A stretch of DNA of 64,000 nt, taken from contig MU057781.1 of NCBI GenBank assembly GCA_013265495.1, positions 1,426,001-1,490,000 on the forward strand, written 5' to 3'. How positions within the stretch are numbered: position 1 is the stretch's first letter; each line of letters opens with the position of its first letter. The stretch comes from Vicugna vicugna. Taxonomy: Eukaryota. Shown one piece after another: positions 1 to 11,700 of the stretch. The position numbers were made by a program, and so were the translations under genes. The notes below the pieces were generated by a model that saw only the letters and a list, made by a program, of their open reading frames with translations, had not been told where the DNA came from and did not search any database.

Positions 1-56
1 GTAACAAGACCACGTCCAAACGCAGCGGGTTCCAAGGCTTCCGACTGCTGTCTCAC

Positions 57-2030
57 GTCCAGCCAGGTCCGTGTGGTTGGGGGTGGCCTCCACCTTCTCC
101 CTCAGGGCACACAGATGGGCTCAATGGCCCCAGGCGTGTTGGCCGCCACCTTTCGGATATCTTCCTCAGAGACTCAGACACGTAGCTTGTGGAAGACTTT
201 CCTGCAGAGGAATCGGGGGTGCAGCCCTCAGAGCCTCTGTGGGGAGATGCTGGCCTGGGGGCCTCTGTGCCCGTCCCCATCAAGGCCCAGTGGCCATCTT
301 GTTCCTGGCCACCCCACCAGGGATCACAGAACACAGGCGCCCAGTACCTTCAGGCCAAGCGAGTCCTAGCCTGGGCCACCACCTCCCTGACGCGTGTCCC
401 AGGGACTCTGGGTAGAAAACTTCTCTTCCTGCCTGAGTCAGGCTCTGCTCTGTGAGGAAGTCCGGCTGATTCACCTCCAAAGTGCAGGGGTCTGACCTCA
501 GCACATCTGCCTGCAGCTGCCACCCTCCCGCCTCTGGGGGTCAGAGCAGCTGCCTCCCCTGCCTCCACCTCCCCCAATCTCCTCTTCCCTGGCAGCTCTC
601 CGAAGCGAGTCCCATCGGAACCTGCTGGGCCTGGACCCTGCCAAGCATGGTCCCCCCAGACACTGCCCTCTGAGGACCCTCAGTGGCTCTGAGTGCCCCT
701 CTCTGCCCAGCCTCAGGGACTCAGGGTCTCCCTCCCCACCCTGTAGGTCACCCCCACCTCGCTGTGCTCACTGTCACTTCCTCACAGGTCCTGCCTTGTT
801 GTCCTTCATGCTCCCTCACAACTGACACTGGGTCCACCTCCTGGTGGATTTGTCTTCCCCCTAGACTCACAGCTCCATGAAGGCCAGGGCCCACTTACTG
901 CCATGTCTGCTGTGCCTGAGTAGAGTCTGCCACCCAGAGCTATGCATGAGTGAGTGGGTGGGAGCTGTGGTCAGCAGGGGCTGGACGCACAGTCAGAGGG
1001 CAGGACTGACGCCCTGGTGAGCAGGTCTCAAGCTCCTGGTGGGGCGCCCCGGAGCCCCAGGTTGATGGTGAAGTTCCAGTGAACAGGAACTGGACGAAGA
1101 GTCAGGGGAACCCACAGCAGAGGAGCAACCTGAGAACTTGTCCCAGAGGCTGGGAAGGGCTCGGGGAGGCTGCCCCAGGCCAGCCTTGAGGGGAAGGGGC
1201 CCCAGCGCGAGAAGTGGGGGCCCCCGCGGAAAAGGCAGGGAGCACAAAGCCTGCACGGCTCTGCGGGCAGCAGTCCGCCGGGCCCAGCCCTGCCTGCTGA
1301 GGACGCTCCAGCTGCTGAGCTTCTGGTCTGCGCTGCAGGTGGGGAAGTAGCTGTGCGGGTCCACGAGCCTATCCGGGGGTGGGGGGTGGAGGTGGGTGGC
1401 GGAAGAGCTTCACGATCCACGCCAGCATCGCTGGGGTGGAGCCGGCAGGGGCGCAGGTGAGCGGGGCCTGCGGAGCTAGGGCTCCTTGGCTTCCTCAAAG
1501 GGGCGGATGAGCACCAGAGGAGTCCTGGGGGCGACTGCTGGGGTGTGGGAGTCCCGGGGAGAGGGCTGTGGCAGCTGCCGCCCCCCTCCCCCGTCTGCTG
1601 GAGGCCGGAACCCCGTGACGAGTTAGACGCACAACCGGCCCCTGGCCTTGGCCGCACTCCTCCTGGGGGGCCGTCAAGGCAGCACCCCACCTTTGCCCCA
1701 CCCCGTTTCCCCGTCCTGCCCGCCCTCCAGGGCGCCCCGCACGCCCCCGCTCTGGGGTCTTCTGAACTTTGCATGGAGCTCGGGGAGGGGAGATCCTTCC
1801 CGGGGCACGGCCCTCGCCCGGGGCTCTCGCTGGCGGGAGGCATGGCGGCCGGGCTCCTCCCCTGAGCGGAGAGCGCCGGGACCCGGCGGCGGCCCTGCCC
1901 CCGCGGCGGGCCCCCGGCCCCCGGCCCGGCTGAAGTCCCGGGCCAGGTGGCGCTTGCGGCGGCGGAGCGGGAGCGCGTCCAGCCAGGCGTAGAGGCCGCA
2001 GAGGGCGCCGGGCGGCCACGGCGGCGGGGC
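57..2030 (-). pseudogene. SPEF1L: SPEF1-like (sperm flagellar 1-like, CH-like domain) unitary pseudogene; further 3' exons probably lie left of the window
   Basis: Three exon remnants align to the SPEF1 N-terminus. About 1929-2030 reads ALCGLYAWLDALPLRRRKRHLARDFS (cf. LYLWVDNIPLSRPKRNLSRDFSDG). 1294-1430 reads MLAWIVKLF...LVDPHSYFPTCSADQKLSSWSVLSR (cf. VEMHNYVPANSLQQKLSNWGHLNR). 57-201 reads KVFHKLRV*VSEEDIRKVAANTPGAIEPI/LCALREKVE (cf. KVLKRLNFSVPDDVMRKIAQCAPGVVELVL). Lesions: no in-frame ATG, no GT donor after DFS, frameshifting C-rich insert with TAG at 1369-1371, TGA at 174-176, 1-bp deletion near 114. Its position next to ADAM8 matches mouse Spef1l as recalled. Confidence 0.82.
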
Positions 2031-2160
2031 CAGGGGGCTCCCTGGCCGCTCGTCAGGCCGTTGCCGGGAGACGGGCCGGAAGGGCGGGGCCGTTGCCGGG
2101 AGACCGGGGCGGGGCGCCGGCTGCCCTCCTCCGCGCCGGAGGGCCTGGCTGTTTACTTCG
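1450..2160. promoter_or_regulatory. CpG island / promoter of the SPEF1-like locus with two RFX X-box-like motifs and GC boxes
   Basis: Very CpG-dense. GTTGCCGGGAGAC at 2060-2072 and 2092-2104, each followed by GGGCGGGG, inside a 32-bp tandem duplication. Confidence 0.65.
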
Positions 2161-2211
2161 GGTTCGCGAGGGCTTACGATCAAGTTAAGAAAAGCAGGGG
2201 GAAAGTTTGAC

Positions 2212-2239
2212 TTTATTCATTTACAGTAGACGTTTTATT
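2212..2239 (-). terminator. ADAM8 polyadenylation signals (AATAAA x2)
   Basis: TTTATT on the plus strand at 2212-2217 and 2234-2239, about 500 nt past the ADAM8 stop in an AT-rich 3' UTR end. Confidence 0.7.
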
Positions 2240-2729
2240 TTAATAAGCGTCAGACCCTTCAATCTTAAAACTCCACATTGTTTCGCCGCACCATTTTTCA
2301 CTGATCTAGTAAAAATCTCCCCTCATTTAGAACTTGATCAAGAACTTAATCATAAAATACAAAAAAATTCAACGCTTTCAGCCCTGCTGAATGTGCACCT
2401 GAGGTTTCAAAGACCCAGACAAGACCCCAGTGGCTGTCTGGAGACACGTGGGTGAGGAGGGACTGGACTGACCCCAGGAAAGAGCATAGGTGACCCATTC
2501 CCGAGGCCAGGGGGAGAGGCCCTTGGCTGTGACCCTGGGATGCCGAAGAGTGACCCCGGCCACGAGGAGATGGCGCTTCTCTTAGGACTTCTCACAGTGG
2601 GCGCAAGAGCACAGAGGGCCTGGGGCCAGGGGGCTGCATCTGCCGTGCGGGTGGCAAGGTCCCGTGAACCACAGGCAACGTCCGGACTGGTACACAGATG
2701 CCCCCAGGGTGCTCTGAGCTTGGGCCCCA

Positions 2730-5700
2730 TCACCTCCTCTGGATGAGGGGTTTCAGAGCAACCTTTGGGCCAACAGCTCCCTTGGAGGAGGAAAAAAGAA
2801 CTGATTTTAAAACCCACTTGCTACAAAGAGCCCAACTGAATCGAACTTCCTTTCACTTTTTAAAAAATTCAGATCCTCAGTTCATCCCACACTGTGTGCA
2901 CTCAGTGAGAGCTGTGATAGCCGTGATATTAGCAGCTGACACTTTATAAAGAGTGGACCCCCCCCCACTCCAGTGGAGCAAAAAGGCAAGTTCACAGCCA
3001 GTAGGACCAGCATCACTGACAGAAGGCAGCAGAGTTAACCCTCTTGGGCAGCGCAGGTGGACACTGCCCTGTGTGAAAGGCGCTCACCGACTGGGTCCAA
3101 GCTTGGCCTCCCCCGCCCCAGGCTTGACGGGTGGCAACGGGGGCGTGCAAGTTGGCTTGACGACCTGGGAGGAGGTAGACACAGCTGATGGCCGGACATG
3201 CCAGGGCACCATCTTCCCAGCATCTTCTAGAAAGTTCCCTGGGTTCCCTGCTCTGCTCCTGACTGGCCTTCAGGCTTCTCTTTGCTAAGCCCGCTAAAGA
3301 AAAGCTCCCCCAACACCCTTCCCACCCATGGCTGTCCCCATCCCAGAACGAAACCCAAATGTGGCAGGGCTCCGGTTCCCGGGCCCATCAGCCCGTCACC
3401 AGCTGGCCCTCTTCCCTCATCTCGCCTCAAAACCCCTATCCACCCCACGCAGTAAAGCTCTTAAGTTGCCAGAATGTGAGTCTTTGGAGTTCAAATTCGC
3501 ATTTGTTTGCACTTCTGCTTTTCCAGAGCCACCTAGGCTCTGGGCTCCAGGGTGCAGGAGGAAGGCCTCAAGCTGCAGCCCAGCTCAGCCCAGGCCCACA
3601 GGAACCGGAACGGGAATGGAGGGAGGCCCACATACTCAGAATGGCCTGCTGAGCAGCTGGGGGAAGTCCTGTGCACGCCCTCCTCCAGCACAATCCGGGC
3701 GCACGGCTGCCACCAGAAATCTCTACCCACTCCCCCTCCCTGTTTGGCCTGTCAAGACCCCTTCTAAGACTTTTCTTAAAGACTATTTTTGTAACTTTAA
3801 TGTAAGTCTAAAATTACTTCAAAGTAAAAAGTTAAAAAGGAAAGAGAAGTAGAGAATTTCTGTTAAGCAAACACCATAGTGTGGTCTTTTAATGGGGCAG
3901 GACCCCGCCGGAGGCTTCGTGGGTCAGTCTAAGGAGTGACAGGCTGGGCGTCTCCCTAAGTATGTCCAAGACACTAACCACAAAGGGAAGACGGGCCCTA
4001 CAGTGATTTGATTCCCCACAGACACCACTGCAACCAAGCAGTGACTTAACACCCCTGTGAGGACAGACTGACATGGGGCCCCACAGAGCGCCAGGTGGGC
4101 AGAGCCCTGTCCCAGGAGGGGGGCACTACCTGTTCCTCTGGGGGGCCTTCCTGCCCCCGCAGTCTTCCCCCCTTGCCTGCCAGGAGGTGAGTGTGTCTGT
4201 CCAGAGGCACCCGAGGGGCTCCCAGCCATGGAGGGGACCCTCCAGGGCCAGACTTTGTGAGAGTGCAAGGGGCATCCCCGGCGAGCCCAGTGGCGGAGGG
4301 CTGGCGGGGGGCACCAGTGACGCGTATCTGGGAGAGAGCTTCCCCGAACCCCTGAAGCCTCAAACCAGAGGAAGCCTGATGATGAGCCCCCATAAGCCCC
4401 GCGTCCCAAAGGCCAAGTCCCCTTACCTGTTTGGGCTTCAGCACTGGCAGGGGCTTGGCGGGAGGAGCAGGTCTGGGCTGGTGGGAGAGCAGAGCAGTCA
4501 GGACCCCCCGGTCCCCTAGGTCCAGTTCACGTCCTCACTGGGCCACAGGGCAGGTGGTCAGCCCCCGAGGGTGCAGCTGCCACTACCCTGGGGTCCCTGG
4601 CGAAATCCAGCCCCAGCCCCTCCACCTCCACAGCTTAGCTGTACCCACATGGCTCACCTGGTCTGGGGCCTGCTGGGTGTACACAGGGACTGGGCAGAGT
4701 GGGCTGGACATGGCAGCTGGGCGCTGCAGGGAATGGGCATGAGCAGGGGTCTCACAGGGCGGCCACCAGCAGGGACCCCTGGCTTCAGAGCTGCCCTTCG
4801 CCCAGCTAAGGACCCCCCCGAGGGAGAATAAAGCCCCATGTGCGTGTGGGGCCATGTCCTCCATCAGTCTGCTGCGGGCCTGCCCCCCAGACCTGTGGAC
4901 GCACGGAGGAACTGGGCAGCAGTGAGGATGACGGATCTCGCAGAGGCCTTGGGCCTCAGATTCAATCCTGCCACCAGCTCACATGGGTCCTCAGATCGCT
5001 CATTCTGAAGCCTTGTTTCTCCTCTAAATAGGTGACAGTGGTGGCCACTCTAAGCCCCTGGGGACCGTACCCTGGCATGAGATTTGGGGGAGGCCTGGGG
5101 GGCCCGCTGGGGATGGCAGATGCTTACAGCAGGGGGAGGCCGTTTAGGGGTCACCACAGAGGCCGTGGGCCTGGGGGGTTGGCAGGGACGGGACGTGAGG
5201 ATCGGTTCTGGGGGCCCCTTGGGGGGAGCTGTAACCCTGCCCTTCACTGGTGAGCTGTTCCTCTCATGGAAGAGAGGGTTGGAGAGCCCCACAGCCGTCT
5301 TGGGCGCCACATTCCTGGTGAGAAATAAGGTGAGTCAGTGCGTCCTGGCCTCAGGATTCAGTCCAGGACTTGGGGCTCCTCATGTAGGGTCCCCAGGCCT
5401 GGTCAGGGTCCTTTTCAGCTGCAGCTGCCCCTATGTGGTGTGCTGGTCACAGCCACTCGAGGAGGGGGAGGTAGCCTCATGTGTCCTGGGCCCCATCGGT
5501 TCTAGGGTCCAGTTGAGCTGGGCGGGAGGTGCTTGGAGGCCACTGGGCAAGGGTGCCCTGCTGTGGCTGGCCTGGGGCTTGAGGTCCCCACAGAGCGGGT
5601 GTCAGGGACCCCCAGTGCAGGGAAGGCTCAGAGTGCCGTGTCCAAGGAGGGCGGGTGGCCGGTGCCAACTGGGGTCAAGTGTGTGGGGGAGGAAAGGGCT

Positions 5701-8700
5701 TCTCTGAGCTTGCACATTACCAACCTGTCACCACTGCTTACCACCTATTCAGCGAGAGGCAGGGGTCCCTCGTGAGAGGTTCCCTTCTCCAACAGTGCGA
5801 ACAGGGGGCACGCTCTGCACACATGGGTGCCTTGCAACCCCAGAAAGCCCTCACCTCTTCCGGACTGGGCTCCAGCCCTTGCGATAGATGACCACTCCTG
5901 CCACGGTGAGTGCCAGAACCACCAGGAGCACCACAGGAACCAGCACGCCCATCTGGAAGCTGCTGGATGCTGTGGGGGCATAGGAGGCTGGGTGTCACCA
6001 GGGCCGGACCTGGCTCGGGGCAGCAGGGGCCCCAGGGGGTGCCTTCCTCACACCCCTCCTTGGCCATGCCGACAACCCGGAGCCCTGGGTCCTCCCCTAA
6101 ATCCCAGGGCCATCTAAGGACCCTTGGCCTTGAGACCCAGTGCATTGCACTGGTGCTCTGGGCTCTCCGATGACCGGTCGGAGGGCTTGGCAGTGGATGG
6201 CCCCAGGCCCACAGTGATATGGGTGGAGCCCAACCAGGTCTAGAGGCCGTGGTGCTATGGATGGCCACATGTCCAGTGGCCACTGCGGAGGAAGATACTT
6301 CAGAGGGTGGGGGGCCCTGAGGTCCCCGGGCCCAGGCTGGGGCCGACAGTCCCGCCAGGAGCTGGCGCTATCCTGTGCTGCTCCTGCTCCGCTCCACCCA
6401 GGCCGGCCCCCCGTCTCAGTAGGGCTGAGGTGGGGGCACAGGCTCCTGGGCCCTGCCCTGGACCCCAGGGGTCAGAATGTCTGGGGCTGCAAAGCCACGT
6501 CTTCAATATGCTGCTCACAGTTTAGGGGCACCTGGCTTGCCTCTCAGCCCTGCCCCAGTGGTCTGAGAAAAGACAGAACCCTGACCAGACCCCGGAGGTG
6601 GCGCGGGCCCTACCTGTGCGCACATCGGACAGCAGCTCTGCGCAGTAGGGTGGGGCCCAGCCAGGGTGGCAGTGGCACTGGTCCTTGTGATTGCACACCT
6701 GGGGGACAACCAGGCATCAGGGTCTCCAGACCCCCGCCACTGCACCGCCTGGTGCCCACCCAGGTGCCATCTACTCCCGAGTCAGCAGGCCCGGCCTCAG
6801 CCTGCAAGGGGCTCTGCCCCGGCTTCCGCTGATGGAGGACGGGCTGGGCGTCCAGGGCTGCCACCATCAACCCACAGCAGCCCCTCCCCCGGGTGATGGA
6901 GGAGGGCTCCGATCGACAAGGCTTTCTGAGCAAAGCAGGACGCCGCAGGGCAGGCAGGGCAGCTTTGTGGTGGGCCGTCCTCCCCGAGACGGGGGCACAG
7001 AGGGCCCTGCCCTGGGGCTCTGACCTCCCCTACATCACAGTACATGTTATTAGGAGCTCAGAACAGAACACTTCCAATCTGACCAGCCTGGCCTGTGTGT
7101 TCTCCAGCACTATGAGCACCCTGGGATGCCCAGATCCACGCCAGTTCCAGGCCTGAGAGGCCCCCGTGGGCTCCTGGCACAGTCCCCGGGCGCGGGCCTC
7201 TGCCCTGTTTGCCTGGGCTGCCCCGAGCACAGCCTACACATCTTTGAGTCCAAAGGGTTGGTGGCAGGCCGTCCCCTGGGCCCACGTACCCCGTGGTTGC
7301 TGCACCGGGCAGAGCAGTTTCTGGATCTGTAAACGTGAAAGTCCCGGCAGAGTCCTTTCCAGCAAACCTGGGGGGCAGCGGGGAACTCTTAGGTAGCCAG
7401 TCTAGAACCTGCTTGGAGAACTGCCCCCCCATCAGTTGAAGCCCACCTGAAACCTGCAGCTGTGCTTCGGACAGGGAGGGGTGTGCCACGGCCCCACACC
7501 CAGGACAGCCCCATCTGCAGCCCAGCCTAGGCCCCCAAGGCCACAGAGGAGCGCCCCACCCGTCCCCGGGGAACTTGCAGAACAGACAGCCTTCAAATCC
7601 CTCAGCTGAGAAGGGGCTACTCCCCCAACGCTGAGAGCCTCCCGAGTTTCTACCCAGAACAGAGGCTACTGCACAGCCCTCCTCCCGCCAGGCTTTGGGC
7701 CCCTCGAGCTAATCCTGGGGACCCAGCAGTCTGACTGCAGGCTGCATCCAGCCCTACCTTCTCCTCCCCGCACCTGGCGCCTTCAGGCACCGGCTCGTAG
7801 GCAGTGCTGTCGTCCTGGCGCAGAGCCTGGCAGGCGCCCATGCGGGAGTAGATGGTGCAGGAACCTCGCTCCAGGGGCTTCTGCCCGCCCTCGCAGAGCA
7901 GAGTGCCACACATGTTGACCCTGAGGGCAGAGGGGTGTGCCAGGAGCCAACTCCACAGCGTCTCCTGCTGAGGGGACTAGGAGCTGTAGGCAAGGCCTAG
8001 GACCCTCGGATGGGCTTTGGGGTCCACCCACAGGTGTTCACACCCCCAGCCACAGTGACCCACCCTCCCACAAGGGCAGCAGGCCCGGGGGTCCTAGAAG
8101 GCAGGGCAGGCCCTGGGAGAGTCCCCTGACTCAGCCTGCAGACTCCTTGGTGGCCCCACCTATGGGGACATCCCACACCCTGGGCCCAGGGGAGCCAGGT
8201 CACAGATGGACTATTACCTGTCAGAGCCCAGGGGGATCCCGCTGCTGCAGCCTGAGGAGATGCTGTGGGTGTAGCACATCTCCGCGGCAACCTGAGTGCC
8301 TGTGGGGCCAGGAGCAGTGAGTCCTCCAGCTCAGGACTGGCAGCCACCTGGCAGGCCAGCAGGTCCCACACCCAGGGCTCCTGCCCGCCTCACCTGGCCC
8401 CCACAGGTCCCGGCACCTCTGGGCCAGTGTGGGGCACTTCCCGTTGTAGCAGTAGCCCCCAGGGCAGGGCGTGCCATTCTCCTGGAAGGCGTCCTCCGGA
8501 CAGGCTGGCTGCTGGCCGTCACAGTACTCCCCGAGGTCACATAAGTCCTTCTCGGGGCGGCAGGGCTCTCCAGCTGGCTTCACCTGGTCCAGCAGAGCAA
8601 AGCTCACCATGGGAATAGAGGACCCCAGCACCCACGCCTGCCCTGCGCCGTGTCACCAGCACCCCCGGGCCCGTGCTCACCCTGCACTCATGGCAGCAGG

Positions 8701-11700
8701 CGCCGTGGGCACACTCGGCCCCCTCGGCCAGCAGGCAGGTGGTGGCATTGCAGCAGTGGTTCTGGCAGTCCTAGGGGCAGGCGCAGGGGCAGCGGTCTGA
8801 GCCGACCCAGGGCCCCTCCCCCGGGAGGTCCGCTCACTCCCACCCGTGACCCCTGCCAGTCCGGTCAGTGCCAGGGAGCAGCAGGTGCGGCTGTGGGCGT
8901 GCAGGGCACCTGGGAGGTCAGGAGTGGACGCCCTGACCTGGGGACGGGGACCCCGCACCCCTACGCTGGTGGAGAGCAGAGGGCAGCGGGATGCTCGGCC
9001 CTGTACCTGGGGCGAGCCACAGTCGCACTGCTCCCCGTGCTCCACAAACCGGTTCCCACACACAGGGCCGCCCACCAGCCGGCTGAGGTCCGGGGGGTTC
9101 ACCAGGCAGGCCGTCCTCGGCTTCTCCACAAACGTCTCCAGGTCGGTCTGGCTGCACTGGCTGAACTTTCTGGGGAACTTGGAGCTAAGGGGAGGGCATT
9201 CCTGTCATGGTGGTGGGCAGGCCGCCAGCCCCCAGGGTGCCCCCAGGGTGGATGGGGCCGGGCCTCACCCAATGCTGGCCGCCATGATGCAGCCACCGTC
9301 GGACCGTGGCACGGGGCAGTAGCAGCCCTGCACATTCTCATCGTGGTCCATGCCCAGGTTGTGGCCCATCTCGTGGGCCATGGTGCTCGCCACGCCAATG
9401 GGGTTCGGGCTGTGGTCCTGCAGGCAGGGCTGTGCTGGCTGGGGCCGCTCACATGGCCCGTCCACCCTCCCGCCCTGGCTGCCCCAAGCAGGCTGAGGGC
9501 CTTGGTGGCACTTCCTGCCAACATCACTTCTTAAAACGTAAAAGCATCAGTGCCTCTTCCAAAAGAGGAAGCTGCTTAGGTGTCCAGACAATAGCGTGGG
9601 GGGACGAGCAGGTGGACCTGAGTCCTGAGGTCCCCCTCATACATCCGAGCTCCAGCTCTTGAGCCCTGCTCCCCACCCAGCGGCCAGCTCCAGCCTTTTT
9701 CCAGCAAAACCTAGGCCGGATCTCCACACCTGGTTCACAGCCCCCGAGCCCTGGAAGCACATGGCGGACACCTTGGCCAGTCCCACGGTGGTCCCGGTGA
9801 AGTCAATCCCTCTGGAAACGAGAGCAGTGTCTGCATGTGGACACCCCGGGACCACCCTGGTGCCCCTCTCCCAGCCCCATGTGTGGTCCTCTGCCCCCGC
9901 TCACGTGATGAGCTGCGCGTTGTCGTGGGGGCGGCGCCCTGCCAGTTCCCGAGCCTGCCAGGCCAGGAAGTTCTCCAGGGTGGCGTTGGCCTGGGAGCTG
10001 ATGTGAATCTTGTCCCCACTGTTCCAGATCTCCAGGCCCACCAGCACCACACGGAAATTCAGTTCTTGATAAAGCTGGGAGAACAGGGGTCCCGAGGGTC
10101 AGGTTCAAGATGGTTAGGCCGGTGAGAGGGCCGGCGCCCCTCAGGCAGTGTCCATGCGATGGACTTGTCACCAGTACAGGGCCAAGTCCCAGCTCCCTCC
10201 TCTCCTGGCTCTACCTGCTGCCAGGCCCATCACAGCCAGCCCCTCCTCTCCTCTTCAGGTGCCGTCAAACCTCCACAATCAGGGTTTCTGTTGGGCTGGA
10301 GTCTGCCTGGTCCGGAATGGACCCGGATGTCCTGGAAGTCCCTGCTGGGAGGACCCCTAGCAGCCCCTAGAGGAGAACCCCCACCCCGGCAGAAGTGGCC
10401 CCTACCTTGTCCACGTGGTTCACCACCTCCAGCACCCGCCTGCGCACGGCTTCTCTGCTCCCCAGCTGTTGGAACTGGGGGACAGCGGACCCTCAGGTTA
10501 CAGCCCGTCAGCCGTCTGGGTCCTGCCCCCTGTGCCCACCCCACATACCTCTGTGCTGTCCGTGACCACGTACAGCTCCACGTAGCGGGTCTCTCGGGAT
10601 AGTGGCCAGTTCTGAGGGGCAGTGGCAGGAAACCGGTCAGCCACAGCCACAGCCCTGCTGTCCTTAGACAGCCTTCACACACTGACCCCACACAGTGCTC
10701 GGGGAAGCCAGGACTGGGCCCACCCCAGTACAGGGCAGCAGGCAGCACCCCCACTTCGTTGAGCACACAGGAGTCTGGGGGCTGCAGGGGCCCAAGTGGA
10801 CGGGGATGAAGTGAGTCAGGCCCCCCTCACCCGGGGCCTGAAGGCTGCCGAGATCCGCGGCCCCAAGGCGCTCTGCAGGTTGCTGTCGCTGACCCCACAG
10901 GTGCCAGCCTTCTGCCGCAGATGCCTTGCCTGGTACAGCGCGTGCTGCTCCTCCTCCCCGCCCACTTCCAGGGGCTCAATCAGGTGGAAAGCGGAGCCGG
11001 CCTGGAAGAAGCCCCTGGCAGAGGGAGCAGGTGGCTTGGGGTTAGTCAGTCCCCTGCCTGCCCCTCCAGGGAGGCACAGGCGGCCCTGGCCAGCGACATG
11101 CAGCAGGACAGTGCCTTCAGGGCCTTGCGGGGGCCTGTGACATCTAACTGGGGCCCCGACACCCCAGTGCAGCAGGTGTCCCCAGGTCCCCCCTCTCTTC
11201 TGGGCCTCGGTTCACCTCCCTGGAGACGGAGGAGTGCGTCGGGCCCTGACACTGACATGCCTGGCCCAGGGCTGCAGCACCCACCTGAGACCAGCACAGG
11301 TGCTGAGGCTGGCGGCGGAGTGCTGGTACCCCTCCACGTGGCCCTGGTAGAAGCAGTGATCCTGCAGGAGGAGGGCATGAAGACCCTGCTCTAGTGCCCC
11401 AACTCCCAGCACCCCCACTGCCAGCCTGGAGAGGGCCACCCTGGGGCCCATACCTGCCTCTGCAGCTGCTCGGTCACCTGGGAGCCATTGTCAGCCACGT
11501 AGGTCTCCATGTAGCCTGAGCCCACCAGGTCCCTGGAAAAGAGCCCCTGTGGCACTCTGGGCCCCACTTGATTTCCCCTAGAAGCCACCTCTGGTGTGGA
11601 GGGGCTGGGCCAGGGGGGCAGGACGCCTGGGACACAGGAGTGCTGGGGGCAGGAGAGGGACCAGCCTGGGGACCGAGACCTGGGCAGGCTCAGACCCTGC

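Noticed and set aside
1-2700. MIR202, expected near ADAM8 by human synteny
   Set aside because: Neither mature arm (TTCCTATGCATATACTTCTTTG / AGAGGTATAGGGCATGGGAA) was found on either strand by eye; it probably lies outside the window.
8650-9534. 294-aa plus-strand ORF and similar long ORFs (32396-33196, 32776-33645, 35639-36559, 14011-14925)
   Set aside because: Antisense shadows of real exons or stop-poor GC-rich/CpG-island sequence; low-complexity Pro/Gly/Arg/Ala content and no domain.
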